In this document: in pieces, positions 41,367-51,373 of the stretch
Layout of the letters: the number at the start of each line of letters is the position of its first letter
Numbering within the stretch: position 1 is the stretch's first letter
Assembly: GCA_043812955.1 (NCBI GenBank)
Contig: JBDRLN010000061.1
Coordinates: 7,231-71,230, forward strand
DNA: 64,000 nt
Direction: 5' to 3'
Source of the DNA: Candidatus Omnitrophota bacterium
Lineage (GTDB): Bacteria > Omnitrophota > Gorgyraeia > Gygaellales > Profunditerraquicolaceae
Program-made: the position numbers and the translations under genes
Notes under the pieces: model-generated
Databases searched by the model: none
The model's input: only the letters and a program-made list of their open reading frames with translations
Told to the model about the DNA's origin: nothing

Positions 41367-42521
41367 TTAATTTTTTCTCTTATTTAAAACCTTAAGCTGT
41401 GTAAATTGAGAGGTCAAATCTTCAAGCTGTTTAAGCAAGCGACTATTATCTTCTTTTATCCGCAGCGATTCCTGTTTTAACTGAGCTATCTCCTGGTCTT
41501 TCAAGAACCTGACAACGCTCAACTCTTCATCTTTTTGATGGTTATAATCTGATAATTGAGCATGTAACTGGACTAACTGGCCGTCTAATAACGTTAATTC
41601 ATCTTCCTTCTGGACCTTAATCGCTTCAATATCTGTATCTTTCTGGGCCTTTAATTCCTTAAACTGAAAAATTAATTCATCTAGCTGTTTCTTTAGCCGG
41701 ACGTTTTCTTCCAAGTCCGAAGCCCTGGACGCCTCAAGCTGGGATGCCTTCTGGGCATCTGCCCGCTTACTCTTTTCAGCCAATAAAGCGTTCTTAAATT
41801 CTAATTCCATAGAAATTTTATTCCTGGCATCCTCGAAAACAGCCAAATCTTTAAGCGCCTGCTGAAGATTGCTATTTAATTCCCTGCCCTGTTTATCCAG
41901 TTCGTCCACTTGAATGATCAGCTTCTGCCTATCCTGATCTGACTGGGATAATTCCTGACTCAATTGTTTTAGTTTCTGGTCGCTTTGAGCAGTTAGGCCC
42001 TGATACCTATCAGTTAATTCGTTCTGCTGCTTTCTGAGTTTGTTTAACTCTTCGCGCTGTTGATCAAGTTGCTTTTGGCTTTCCTGAAGCTGATTGGTAA
42101 AATTATTAGCCTGGTAGGTTTTACCCTGCCCACCTCTAGCATTAGCTAATTGCTCGGAAAGCGCGGCATATTCTTTTTGCAGATTCTTACGCTCTTCTTC
42201 AACCGCCTGTTTATCCTGTTCCAGGGCCAGCCTTAGAGCATGAAGATTTTTTAATTGAGAAAACAACTGCCTCTGCTGATCTTCTAAGGATTCCTGCCCC
42301 CCGATCAACTGACGATTCAATTCCTGCGAAGTCAGCAGGTCTTTTTCTAACTGATTAATTTTAGCCTGAGGGTCATTCTGCTTAGAAGCCTGGCCAGCGA
42401 GTTCAGGCTGAGAAAAAGCCTGCCTGCCGGCAGGCAGGCTAACCTGCTGAAATAATAAACCTATATAAATAAACAACCGGATAAAAATCGGTATGAATAA
42501 ATTGTTTCTTTTTTTATTCAT
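41367..42521 (-). CDS. Signal-anchored Gln/Glu/Lys-rich coiled-coil protein of unknown function
   Basis: 384 aa. N-terminal hydrophobic segment LFIPIFIRLFIYIGLLF. The remainder is a heptad-like Q/E/K/L-rich sequence with no recognisable enzymatic motif. Confidence 0.6.
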   Translation of the reverse strand: MNKKRNNLFIPIFIRLFIYIGLLFQQVSLPAGRQAFSQPELAGQASKQNDPQAKINQLEKDLLTSQELNRQLIGGQESLEDQQRQLFSQLKNLHALRLALEQDKQAVEEERKNLQKEYAALSEQLANARGGQGKTYQANNFTNQLQESQKQLDQQREELNKLRKQQNELTDRYQGLTAQSDQKLKQLSQELSQSDQDRQKLIIQVDELDKQGRELNSNLQQALKDLAVFEDARNKISMELEFKNALLAEKSKRADAQKASQLEASRASDLEENVRLKKQLDELIFQFKELKAQKDTDIEAIKVQKEDELTLLDGQLVQLHAQLSDYNHQKDEELSVVRFLKDQEIAQLKQESLRIKEDNSRLLKQLEDLTSQFTQLKVLNKRKN

Positions 42522-42553
42522 GAATACTCCATTTTTTTAAAAAACTTGCAAAT

Positions 42554-43558
42554 TTAGCTTACCTGCCAGACCTGCCGAATCATGGCCTCTTCTTTCAACT
42601 TCTGGATCCAGGCGCTTAAACCCTCATATTTCTTAAAGATTTGTGCATTTTTATAATACCTATCCCGCACTTTAGTAAAATCATTTTCATCAGCAACTTT
42701 CTTTTTTAAAATACGCAATACCCCATAGCCTTTATATATCGGCGTAGGCGGATAAATAGTATTGTCCTCCATTTTAATCATCCTATACAGATCCTCCGAG
42801 GGAATCTTCCAGGTATCTATAAGGTACTTAAAAGCTACAAACCCCAAGCGCTGGGAAAAATTAGGGTCATCTTTTGCCTTTATTTCCCAGAGCCCGGGGT
42901 CTTTCATTTTAGCGTAAAAATCCTGGGCCCTTTTCAAATCCTCAATCTGGACCAGCTCCAATCCGATAATATTATTCTCGTTGCGAAAATCCTGGCGTAT
43001 CTCATCTTCGCTAATCTCAGGCTTAATACTCTCTACGACCCGCTGACGTAATTTATCCAATTGAATAAAATGGCGCAACTGATTTTCAAATACCTCCACA
43101 GGCTCTTTTAAATTATCCCTGACCCAGATCATATAAGCGTTGCGATTCTGCTTCCAGTTAAAATTAATCTTATAGCCATCCAGAACCTTAGTAATCCGAT
43201 CTTCCAGCTCCTTAGGCTCAACATATATACCCTGTCGAAAAGCCTCAAAAGAAAGCAGTAATTGTTCCCAGATCTGATCCTCCAACTCCTCATCGCTGGC
43301 AACCAAAGAGCTCCGTTTATTAGCGAATGCCAATATGGTGTTTTTAACGAAAATGTAATTGTCAGCCGGGACTTTTATACCCCAGCCTACAAATTCTCCA
43401 GCAAAAATATTATAAAAAATAGGATTCGCTACTAATTTTTTTTTAAGCCCCTGCCCTTGACTGGCCTGAAGAGGTTTGGTTACGTTATCTTGGGCATATA
43501 TTTCGTTACTAATAAAAAATGTCAGAAACATTATAATAAATACGAATTTAATTTTCAT
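42554..43558 (-). CDS. Secreted protein of unknown function (signal peptide; no recognisable catalytic motifs)
   Basis: 334 aa. MKIKFVFIIMFLTFFISNEIYAQD signal peptide. Hydrophilic and Trp/Tyr-rich. No motif I can assign. Confidence 0.5.
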   Translation of the reverse strand: MKIKFVFIIMFLTFFISNEIYAQDNVTKPLQASQGQGLKKKLVANPIFYNIFAGEFVGWGIKVPADNYIFVKNTILAFANKRSSLVASDEELEDQIWEQLLLSFEAFRQGIYVEPKELEDRITKVLDGYKINFNWKQNRNAYMIWVRDNLKEPVEVFENQLRHFIQLDKLRQRVVESIKPEISEDEIRQDFRNENNIIGLELVQIEDLKRAQDFYAKMKDPGLWEIKAKDDPNFSQRLGFVAFKYLIDTWKIPSEDLYRMIKMEDNTIYPPTPIYKGYGVLRILKKKVADENDFTKVRDRYYKNAQIFKKYEGLSAWIQKLKEEAMIRQVWQVS

Positions 43559-43707
43559 TAGTTAAACTCCTAATAATTTTTTTTGATAAGGTCTAAAATC
43601 CTTGCTGGCCACGAAGATTATTACCGGAGGCCTTTTTCTGGCAAGGCCTTCAGCGTAAAACCGAAATTGCTTTTATATTTACCAACCTATCTTAACCGCC
43701 ATAAACT

Positions 43708-43737
43708 AATATATACTAAATATTTTAATTTTGTCAA
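43708..43737 (-). promoter_or_regulatory. sigma70-type promoter (TTGACA-17-ATATAT) for the two unknown secreted proteins
   Basis: Minus-strand read: TTGACA (rc of 43732-43737), then aaattaaaatatttagt, then ATATAT. It lies in a 226-bp spacer downstream of ksgA. Confidence 0.55.
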
Positions 43738-43784
43738 GTCTAGATACTTATTTTCAATAGGATAGGTAAATTCGGACAAAAAAA

Positions 43785-44576
43785 TTAACGGATAAAATCA
43801 GCTAAATACGCGAAATTCTGAAGGCTTAGGTCCTCAGGCCGGATCTTGGGATTAATGCTATATTCACTAAAAAAATCTCTTAATTTATCCTGAGAGGCCA
43901 ATCGTTTAAGTGAATTTCTTAGGGTCTTTCTTCTTTGATTAAAGGCACTGCGGATGACCTTAAAAAACCATCCTTCATCCCTGACTTTTACCGCTGGTAT
44001 CGGCCTTACATCTAACCGCATTAGACAAGAATCAACTTTTGGTATTGGGGAAAAACAAGTCTTCTTTATTTTAAAAACAATTTTCGGGGATGTAAAATAT
44101 TGAACAAAACAACTCCAAGAGCTATAATCCGCCGATCCTTCCGGTGAGACTAACCGTTTAGCGAATTCTTTTTGCACGGTAAGAAAAATTACATCTACCC
44201 TTCCCCGGTTTTCCAATAGATACTCAATGATCGGTGTCGTAATATAATAAGGAATATTTCCAAATGCCTTGATATCAGATTTTACGGATTTAAGGCAATT
44301 TTGTAAATCAAACTTCAGGATATCCTGATTGAATATTTTTATATTGCTGAAGTTTTTTAGGGTTTCTCTGAGCTCGGGTAATAATTCCCGGTCAATCTCC
44401 AAGGCATATACTGAATTCACCCTTTCAGCAATTAAACCGGTCATCTCTCCCCTTCCCGAGCCTATCTCCAGCACAGTATCCGTTGGTAAAAAATTACAGG
44501 CAGCGATTATCTTCCTTTGCACATTCTTATCCACGAGGAAATTTTGCCCTAATCTTTTTTTAGGTTTAAAGCGCAT
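43785..44576 (-). CDS. rsmA: 16S rRNA (adenine1518/1519-N6)-dimethyltransferase
   Basis: 263 aa. GQNFLVD and VLEIGSGRGEMT SAM motif. Confidence 0.9.
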   Translation of the reverse strand: MRFKPKKRLGQNFLVDKNVQRKIIAACNFLPTDTVLEIGSGRGEMTGLIAERVNSVYALEIDRELLPELRETLKNFSNIKIFNQDILKFDLQNCLKSVKSDIKAFGNIPYYITTPIIEYLLENRGRVDVIFLTVQKEFAKRLVSPEGSADYSSWSCFVQYFTSPKIVFKIKKTCFSPIPKVDSCLMRLDVRPIPAVKVRDEGWFFKVIRSAFNQRRKTLRNSLKRLASQDKLRDFFSEYSINPKIRPEDLSLQNFAYLADFIR

Positions 44577-45541
44577 TTTTGGGCTAAGTTAACGGCAGCG
44601 ATCAATGATGCCGGAAAAGCCAGGTTTTTTCCGGCAATATCAAAGGCAGTGCCGTGTAAAGGCGAGGTTCGGACAAAAGGCAAACCTAAGGTTATATTTA
44701 CACCGCTGGAATAACCGGATAATTTCAAGGCGATCAAAGCCTGGTCATGATACATAGCGATAACCGCGTCATATTTACCCTGGAGAGCCTTTAACATTAC
44801 AACATCTGCTGATTCCGGACCAACAACATCAAATTCATCCCGGATTTGATTCAAAACCGGTTTTATAATCGAATTCTCTTCATTGCCGATTATTCCGTTA
44901 TCCGAAGCGTGGGGATTTAATCCGCAGACTGCCAGGCGCGGCTGACTAATTTTAAATAAGCTTTTAAGAGAAGAGGCGCTGATCCGGATAACCCGGCGCA
45001 ATTCCTCTTTATTAGCCATAAAAGAAACTTTCTTAATCGGGATATGCCGGGTAACCAAACTAATCTTTATTTTTTCATTTAAAAGCATCATTACAAAGTC
45101 TTTGGTACCAGTTTTCTTAGTAAGATACTCGGTGTGTCCGCCACAATGAATTCCCGCCAGGTCTATCGACTCCTTAGAGATTGGACAGGTCACCAGGCAA
45201 TCAATTTTTTTATCTCTTATTAATTCCAGGGCTTTATCCAGATATTCAATTGAGGCCCGGCCATATTCCGCCCTGACCTTACCGAATTTGAAATTTTTAT
45301 GATTAACGTTGTTTAGATCAATAAACTCATAACTTGGGTGTCGAATGTCGAATGTCGAATGTCCGTAACGCGCAGCGTTGAATACCTTGCGGTCGCCTAT
45401 AATTACTATATCGGCTTTGATTTTTAGGCGGGAAAGGGCCTTGACGATTATCTCCGGGCCGATACCTGAAGGATCTCCCATAGTTAGACCAATCCTAACC
45501 CTAGAAAATTTTAATGTAGGCCTTTTTGCGCAAACCATCAA
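44549..45541 (-). CDS. pdxA: 4-hydroxythreonine-4-phosphate dehydrogenase
   Basis: GDPSGIGPEI and NITLGLPFVRTSPLHGTAFDIAGK motifs. Confidence 0.85.
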   Translation of the reverse strand: MMVCAKRPTLKFSRVRIGLTMGDPSGIGPEIIVKALSRLKIKADIVIIGDRKVFNAARYGHSTFDIRHPSYEFIDLNNVNHKNFKFGKVRAEYGRASIEYLDKALELIRDKKIDCLVTCPISKESIDLAGIHCGGHTEYLTKKTGTKDFVMMLLNEKIKISLVTRHIPIKKVSFMANKEELRRVIRISASSLKSLFKISQPRLAVCGLNPHASDNGIIGNEENSIIKPVLNQIRDEFDVVGPESADVVMLKALQGKYDAVIAMYHDQALIALKLSGYSSGVNITLGLPFVRTSPLHGTAFDIAGKNLAFPASLIAAVNLAQKCALNLKKD

Positions 45542-46400
45542 TAAATTTAATCATCCCTTCCTGCATCTTTTTATCCCAAAGGACCTTATTTATGCTATCC
45601 TGGACCTCAACTAAACTCTGTTGACGGGACAAAAATATTTCATTTAATTTAAAAATGTAAAAACTTGAGTCTATTCTTAGCGGAGCGGAAATCTCGCCGG
45701 GATTAAGGCTAAATATAACATAATCGATCTCTTTTCTTAATTCGCCGTTCTTCTTACCAGTTAGTCTACTAAGACTATACTGATATTTCTTTGCCGCGAC
45801 TTCCCAATCACTCTCTTGTCTTAATTTAGCATACCCCTCCTTGGCCTGATCTTCATCTGGAAAAATAATATACTCAAACTCACGCTGTTCGGGAAGGTCA
45901 AATTCACCGATATTCTGATGATAAAAATCAGTCACTTCCTCTGGCTGAACAATAACCGAGCTTTTTATTTTAGCTTCCACCAAGGCATACATCAACATCT
46001 GTTCCCTAATCTTGGTCTCTAGATCCGCCTCAACTAAACCCTGTTCTCTTAAAGCAGACTCGTATTCGGCCTGGGTTGCGTAATTCCTCCTGGTAGCGCT
46101 TATTTTATCCTTAATCCTCATTGAATCCACCTTGACGCCTTCTTTTTTAGCCGCCTGAACCAAAAGCCGGTCCTCGATCAATCTATCCAACAGGTCCTTC
46201 TTTATTGTATCCAGCTTCTCTTCTATCTTGGTTTGGTCGTAATTTTCGGTTAGACGCATACGGGTAAAATTTATAAAATCGTTAAGCTCTTTCCGGGTAA
46301 TCGCCTCGTTATTGACGATAGCAATGATCTTATCCTGGGCAAATACAGGAATAGTAGGCAGAATTACAGAAATTAAAAATATTCTAAAAAGTTTAAGCAT
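45501..46400 (-). CDS. surA: SurA-like periplasmic chaperone / parvulin PPIase (single PPIase domain)
   Basis: Signal peptide, then the SurA N-domain DKIIAIVNNEAITRKELN, and a C-terminal parvulin-like region. surA-pdxA-ksgA synteny. Confidence 0.75.
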   Translation of the reverse strand: MLKLFRIFLISVILPTIPVFAQDKIIAIVNNEAITRKELNDFINFTRMRLTENYDQTKIEEKLDTIKKDLLDRLIEDRLLVQAAKKEGVKVDSMRIKDKISATRRNYATQAEYESALREQGLVEADLETKIREQMLMYALVEAKIKSSVIVQPEEVTDFYHQNIGEFDLPEQREFEYIIFPDEDQAKEGYAKLRQESDWEVAAKKYQYSLSRLTGKKNGELRKEIDYVIFSLNPGEISAPLRIDSSFYIFKLNEIFLSRQQSLVEVQDSINKVLWDKKMQEGMIKFIDGLRKKAYIKIF

Positions 46401-48297
46401 TATAACCGGCTCCTATTTTTTTAAAATTAGCAATAGCTTCTTTTAAAAGGCGGCAATATAGATCAAAACCTACCGCATTAATAAACCCGTGTTGCTGGAT
46501 ACCTAAAAGGTTTCCCGCTCCTCTCATCTCCAAATCTTCCATCGCGATCTTAAACCCCGAACCTAAATGGCAGTAATCCTGGATAGCCTTTAGCCTTCTT
46601 TGAGCGTCACTATCCAGGGATTCTTTGCGGGGGACTACAAAATAAGCGTAGGCCGGGCGGTTAAACCTGCCTACCCTGCCCCGCAGCTGGTGTAAATCCG
46701 ACAAACCGAAAGTATGGGCGTTGTTAACAATAATAGTGTTGGCATTGGGGATATCAATACCGGATTCAATGATCATAGTACAGACTAAACAATCGATTTT
46801 TCCCCTTAAGAAATCATACATTACCCGCTCTAACTCTTTCGAGGGCATCTGGCCATGGCCTATGGCTAATCTGGTGCCTGCGGGCAGGCCCTTAGTAATC
46901 TTCTCTTTTATCCTTTCTATATCCTGGACGCGGTTATGCAAAAAAAATACCTGGCCCTTACGGCGGATCTCTCTGAGGATCGCTTGCTGGATTAAATCGC
47001 CATCATATTCTACCACAATGGTCTTGATAGGCAACCTATTTTCCGGCGGAGTATTGATCACTGACAGGTCCCTGGCTCCCATCAGGCTCATATAAAGGGT
47101 CCGGGGTATAGGGGTAGCGGTAAGCGTTATCACATCAATAGTCAATCGTAAAGCCTTTAATTTTTCTTTTGCCCTGACCCCAAAACGCTGCTCTTCGTCA
47201 ATAATTACCAATCCTAAATCCTTAAATTTTACATCATCGGAGAGCAGGCGGTGTGTCCCTATTACTATATCCACCCTACCCCGGCTCAAATCACCGATTA
47301 TCTCTTTTTGTTGGGACAAAGTCTTAAACCTGGAGAGCATCTGAATATTTATGGGAAAACCGGCTAGCCGTAAAGCAAAATTCTGGAAATGCTGTTCAGC
47401 CAGGATGGTGGTCGGCACCAAATAAGCCACCTGTTTATTATTCATCATCGCCTTAAACGCAGCCCGCATCGCCACTTCAGTCTTGCCATAGCCCACGTCA
47501 CCGCAAAGCAGCCTATCCATCGGTTTAGACGATTCCATATCCGATTTTACATCTTCTACAGCCCTTACCTGATCCGGAGTCTCTTGATAGGGAAAGGTCT
47601 TTTCAAATTCTTTCTGCCATTCGCTATCCTTAGAATAATTAAAGCCTGTTGCGCTCAAACGCATAGCCTGTAATGAGAGGAGTTCCCAGGCTAATTTCTG
47701 GATCCCCTTCCTAGCCTTATCTTTGGCCCTAAGCCATTCCTTACTGGATAACCGGTAAAGCTTCGGCCTCCTGGTCTGGAATGAAATATATTTTTGCACC
47801 AAATGCATATCGCTAACCGGCACATAGAGTTTTTCTAGACGGTCATACTCAATGATCAGATGATCTTTGAATCCATCCTTATCTTTTACCTTTTCTAAAC
47901 CTAAAAATCTTCCGATACCATGTAGATTATGAACTACATAATCACCGATATTAACATCCACAAAACTGGACAAAGGAAATTCTTCATTAAAAGACGCGGT
48001 CTTGAAAGTATGGGTTTTTTTTACCGGTAGGATAATTGCTATCTGATGTTCCCAGAGAAGAAATCCGTCAGCGGGAGTAAAAGTCTTTAGGCTAGAAATA
48101 TTATTCTCCAGGCCCAATTCGATTCTTATGGGTAGCTCAAAAGTAAAAGGAAAAATGTCAATAACGTTTCCCCTTAGAGAGAAATCGCCCTCTTCGAGGA
48201 TATTCTCCTGCCTGCGGTATTCAAAATTAATAAGGGTGGTTACGAGGTTTTCCACATCCACATAACCACCCTTATATAGTTTTAAGGATCTAAACAT
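46393..48297 (-). CDS. mfd: Mfd-like transcription-repair coupling factor homologue, short form (RNAP-interacting domain + SF2 translocase; lacks N-terminal UvrA-binding module and C-terminal D7)
   Basis: 634 aa. UvrB-like [13 protein letters not shown]...PIRIELG. Car[28 protein letters not shown]-box helicase [13 protein letters not shown]...DEEQRFG. Helicase-C. It ends right after the translocase. Confidence 0.75.
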   Translation of the reverse strand: MFRSLKLYKGGYVDVENLVTTLINFEYRRQENILEEGDFSLRGNVIDIFPFTFELPIRIELGLENNISSLKTFTPADGFLLWEHQIAIILPVKKTHTFKTASFNEEFPLSSFVDVNIGDYVVHNLHGIGRFLGLEKVKDKDGFKDHLIIEYDRLEKLYVPVSDMHLVQKYISFQTRRPKLYRLSSKEWLRAKDKARKGIQKLAWELLSLQAMRLSATGFNYSKDSEWQKEFEKTFPYQETPDQVRAVEDVKSDMESSKPMDRLLCGDVGYGKTEVAMRAAFKAMMNNKQVAYLVPTTILAEQHFQNFALRLAGFPINIQMLSRFKTLSQQKEIIGDLSRGRVDIVIGTHRLLSDDVKFKDLGLVIIDEEQRFGVRAKEKLKALRLTIDVITLTATPIPRTLYMSLMGARDLSVINTPPENRLPIKTIVVEYDGDLIQQAILREIRRKGQVFFLHNRVQDIERIKEKITKGLPAGTRLAIGHGQMPSKELERVMYDFLRGKIDCLVCTMIIESGIDIPNANTIIVNNAHTFGLSDLHQLRGRVGRFNRPAYAYFVVPRKESLDSDAQRRLKAIQDYCHLGSGFKIAMEDLEMRGAGNLLGIQQHGFINAVGFDLYCRLLKEAIANFKKIGAGYNA

Positions 48298-48458
48298 TCT
48301 GTAAAACTAAAACACCAATAAAACAAATTCCAAACGCCAAATAAGCTCCAATCACAAATAATCAATAACCAGGTCAGTTTGATAAATTGGTTTTGGCCTA
48401 TTGGTTATTATTTGGTCATTGATGCCTGATGTTTTATTTTTCATGGCACACTTATAAT

Positions 48459-50663
48459 TTACGCTTTTGCCCTTTTCTTCTGCCAGGCCAGCACCAGAGG
48501 TGAAGCGATAAAAACAGTAGAGTATATGCCGGAGATGAAACCCGCTATCAGGGTAAACGCGAAATTACTCAATACCTCTCCGCCGTAAAACAAAATGGCT
48601 AAGACCACAAATAATGTCACAACCGAAGTCAGTATGGTCCGAGCTAAAGTCTGGTTTACGCTTAAATTAATCAACTCAGCCAGGCTCATCTTGCGGCTAG
48701 AGCGCATATTCTCCCTGACCCGGTCATAGATGACTATGGTATCGTTAATAGAATAACCGGCGATGGTCAGAAACGCGGTAACGCTTAAAAGGTCTATCTG
48801 GCGTCCGGTCATCACCAAAAACCCTAAAGCCACTAATACGTCATGAATAAGAGCTATAACGCCGGCAACTGCGAAATTAAAATGTTTAAACCTGATAGCC
48901 ACATAAATCAATATACCTATCAAAGACCAGATTATCGCCTGCACAGCCTTACCTTTTAAATGTTGACCTGCGACCGGACCGACATGCTCTATCCTTAACA
49001 TCTGCACGTCTTCCTCAGGAAATACCCCTTTTAATTTAGCCAGCAAAACCTGATTCTTATCAGCTTTAGTGCGGATAAGAATAGTCCTGGGATTATCCCT
49101 GAATTGCTGAATAGAGGCGTCTCCCAAATCTAAATCTTTAAGCAGCTGCCGCACTTTATCAATCTGGGGAGGTTTTTTAAAACTATATTCCTGCAGTTGG
49201 CCTCCGGCAAAATCTATGCCAAAGGCGCTTGAGCCTTTTTTGAAGAAAACAACTAAACCGGCGATAATAACTACCGCAGAAATAACATAAAATATCTTTC
49301 TTTTACCGATAAAATCCAGCTTGGTCTCGCCGATAAACCTAAGCATAGGAAACGATGTAAGCCACCCGAATTTAAGCAAAAGCTCAAAAATGGTACGGGT
49401 GACTACTATAGCGGTAAACATACTGGCCATTAAACCGATAGTCAAAGTTACGGCAAAACCCCTAATAGGTCCGGTGCCAAACTGAAACAAAAGGAAAGCT
49501 GCAATCAGAGAAGTAAAGTTGGAATCAAAAATCGCGCTAAACGCCCGGCTATAGCCATTTGCTATAGCGGCTTTTAAATTCCTGCCCAGGCCCAATTCCT
49601 CCCTTATACGTTCATTAATTAACACGTTGGCATCCACAGCCATACCTAGAGCCAAAGCCATACCCGCAATACCGGGTAGCGTAAGTGTAGCTGATACGCC
49701 GGGAAACAAATAAGGGAGCATTCCCAGGCAACCTGTAATTATCAATAAGTTCAGGACTAAAGCGATATTAGCCACCAACCCGGCAATAAGATAATAAATT
49801 GCCATAAAAATAAAAACCATGGCCCCGCCGATAAGCGTTGCCCTTACTCCCTTATTTATCGAATCCTGGCCTAATAATGGGCCGACAGTCCTCTCTTCTT
49901 CAATAGTCATTGGAGCAGGCAAAGCGCCTATTCTTAAAATCAGGGCCAGGTCCTGAGCTTGCTCAATATCAAACCTGCCGGTTATTATTCCTTCACCTGA
50001 GGGAATAGCGTCTTTTATCCGGGGAGCGGATTGGACTTTCCCGTCTAAAACAATAGCTAAACGCTTCCCGATATTCGCAGCGGTGATCTCGCCGAATTTT
50101 TTTGCGCCCTGGGCATTGAATTTTAGGGACACTACGGGTTCATTGAACGAACTCTGGTCAAAACGCACCTCGGCATCAGAAACAGTATCTCCGGTTAAAA
50201 GGGCCTGTTTCTCAAGAAGTAAAGCTTCATTGTCTTCGCTAGCATACTTTAACTCATGCCCTTCAGGAACCTTGCCGTCGATAGCTTCTTTTAATTTATC
50301 CGGATCCGAGGAGACTAATTTAAATTCCAAGAGCGCGGTTTTTCCGATAATATCAATAGCCCTGTCTCTATCAGTTACCCCGGGTAATTGAACCACTATT
50401 TCATCATGGCCTTGCTTCTGGATTGAAGGCTCCCTGACTCCAAATGAATCTATCCGGTTACGCACCACTTCTAACGCCCTATCCGCTGCATCTGCCTTGG
50501 CTTTATCCGGCAAATGGCTGGTATCTACCTTTAACAATAGATGCATCCCGCCTTTTAGGTCCAGCCCTAGGTTTATCCTTTTATCCAAAGGAAAGGTATA
50601 AAATACGCAGGTACCAAGCACACCCAAAATAAAAACCACCTTGTAAATCAGTTTTCTCTCCAT
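48459..50663 (-). CDS. secDF: Fused protein-export membrane protein SecD-SecF
   Basis: 734 aa. SecD periplasmic domain, then two sets of six TM segments. Confidence 0.9.
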   Translation of the reverse strand: MERKLIYKVVFILGVLGTCVFYTFPLDKRINLGLDLKGGMHLLLKVDTSHLPDKAKADAADRALEVVRNRIDSFGVREPSIQKQGHDEIVVQLPGVTDRDRAIDIIGKTALLEFKLVSSDPDKLKEAIDGKVPEGHELKYASEDNEALLLEKQALLTGDTVSDAEVRFDQSSFNEPVVSLKFNAQGAKKFGEITAANIGKRLAIVLDGKVQSAPRIKDAIPSGEGIITGRFDIEQAQDLALILRIGALPAPMTIEEERTVGPLLGQDSINKGVRATLIGGAMVFIFMAIYYLIAGLVANIALVLNLLIITGCLGMLPYLFPGVSATLTLPGIAGMALALGMAVDANVLINERIREELGLGRNLKAAIANGYSRAFSAIFDSNFTSLIAAFLLFQFGTGPIRGFAVTLTIGLMASMFTAIVVTRTIFELLLKFGWLTSFPMLRFIGETKLDFIGKRKIFYVISAVVIIAGLVVFFKKGSSAFGIDFAGGQLQEYSFKKPPQIDKVRQLLKDLDLGDASIQQFRDNPRTILIRTKADKNQVLLAKLKGVFPEEDVQMLRIEHVGPVAGQHLKGKAVQAIIWSLIGILIYVAIRFKHFNFAVAGVIALIHDVLVALGFLVMTGRQIDLLSVTAFLTIAGYSINDTIVIYDRVRENMRSSRKMSLAELINLSVNQTLARTILTSVVTLFVVLAILFYGGEVLSNFAFTLIAGFISGIYSTVFIASPLVLAWQKKRAKA

Positions 50664-50666
50664 AGT

Positions 50667-50966
50667 TTATTTTCCTTGTTTAGCTGCTTGATCCTTCTTT
50701 ATGTAGGCAACGCAATTCTTCTCCAGCTCAATTTTAACGTTGTCATCGATCCTTAAAGTTATAGTTTTATCTTTTACATTTACAATAGTCCCGTGAATAC
50801 CACTTACAGTCACTACTTCATCGTTTTTCTCTAAACTGTTCAACATTTTTTGTTGTTCTTTCTCCTTGGATTTTTGCGGCCGGATAAGCAAAAAATAGAA
50901 AACAATAAAGATAAAAACTAAGGGTACAAGATTCAATAAAGGATTTACTTGTGCTCCTGTAGGCAT
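50667..50966 (-). CDS. yajC: Preprotein translocase subunit YajC
   Basis: 99 aa, single TM, YajC family. Confidence 0.85.
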   Translation of the reverse strand: MPTGAQVNPLLNLVPLVFIFIVFYFLLIRPQKSKEKEQQKMLNSLEKNDEVVTVSGIHGTIVNVKDKTITLRIDDNVKIELEKNCVAYIKKDQAAKQGK

Positions 50967-51042
50967 TTTTCCTCCCTTTTCATTTTTATTTATAGCCTCT
51001 TAGCTCTTTTGTTGCCAACCACGAACTAATAACTACAAACTC

Positions 51043-51282
51043 TTAAACTGCTTGTTTTTTTACCAGCCTTTTAATTGTTTCGGATACCTGAGCGCCTTTA
51101 CTGACCCAATAATCCAAACGGGCCTTATCGAACTTTACCTGACCATTCACAGGATTATAGAAACCTATCTCCTCAATAAATTTACTATCCCTGCTGCGAT
51201 GGCTGTCAAAAACAGTTATCCTGAAATGCGGTTTTCTCTTAGGATTCTTCCCTATCCGTCTTAACCTGATACGCGCTGACAT
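51043..51282 (-). CDS. rpsP: Ribosomal protein S16
   Basis: 79 aa, MSARIRLRRIGKNPKRKPHFRITVFD...; AGGAGGAAG lies upstream. Confidence 0.9.
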   Translation of the reverse strand: MSARIRLRRIGKNPKRKPHFRITVFDSHRSRDSKFIEEIGFYNPVNGQVKFDKARLDYWVSKGAQVSETIKRLVKKQAV

Positions 51283-51323
51283 AATTACTTCCTCCTTTTG
51301 TTTATTAGCTCACATTCTTCATG

Positions 51324-51352
51324 ATTATAGATTCGACACTATAAACTATGAA
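51324..51352 (-). promoter_or_regulatory. sigma70-type promoter of rpsP (TTCATA-17-TATAAT), its -35 inside a 12-bp direct repeat
   Basis: Minus-strand read: TTCATA, a 17-nt spacer, TATAAT. AACTATGAACTA recurs at 51343-51354 and 51371-51382. Confidence 0.55.
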
Positions 51353-51373
51353 CTATTAACTATTAACAATTAA

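Noticed and set aside
43583-43765. 60-aa plus-strand ORF in the spacer downstream of ksgA.
   Set aside because: It spans the predicted minus-strand promoter and has no SD. The spacer is better explained as a regulatory region.
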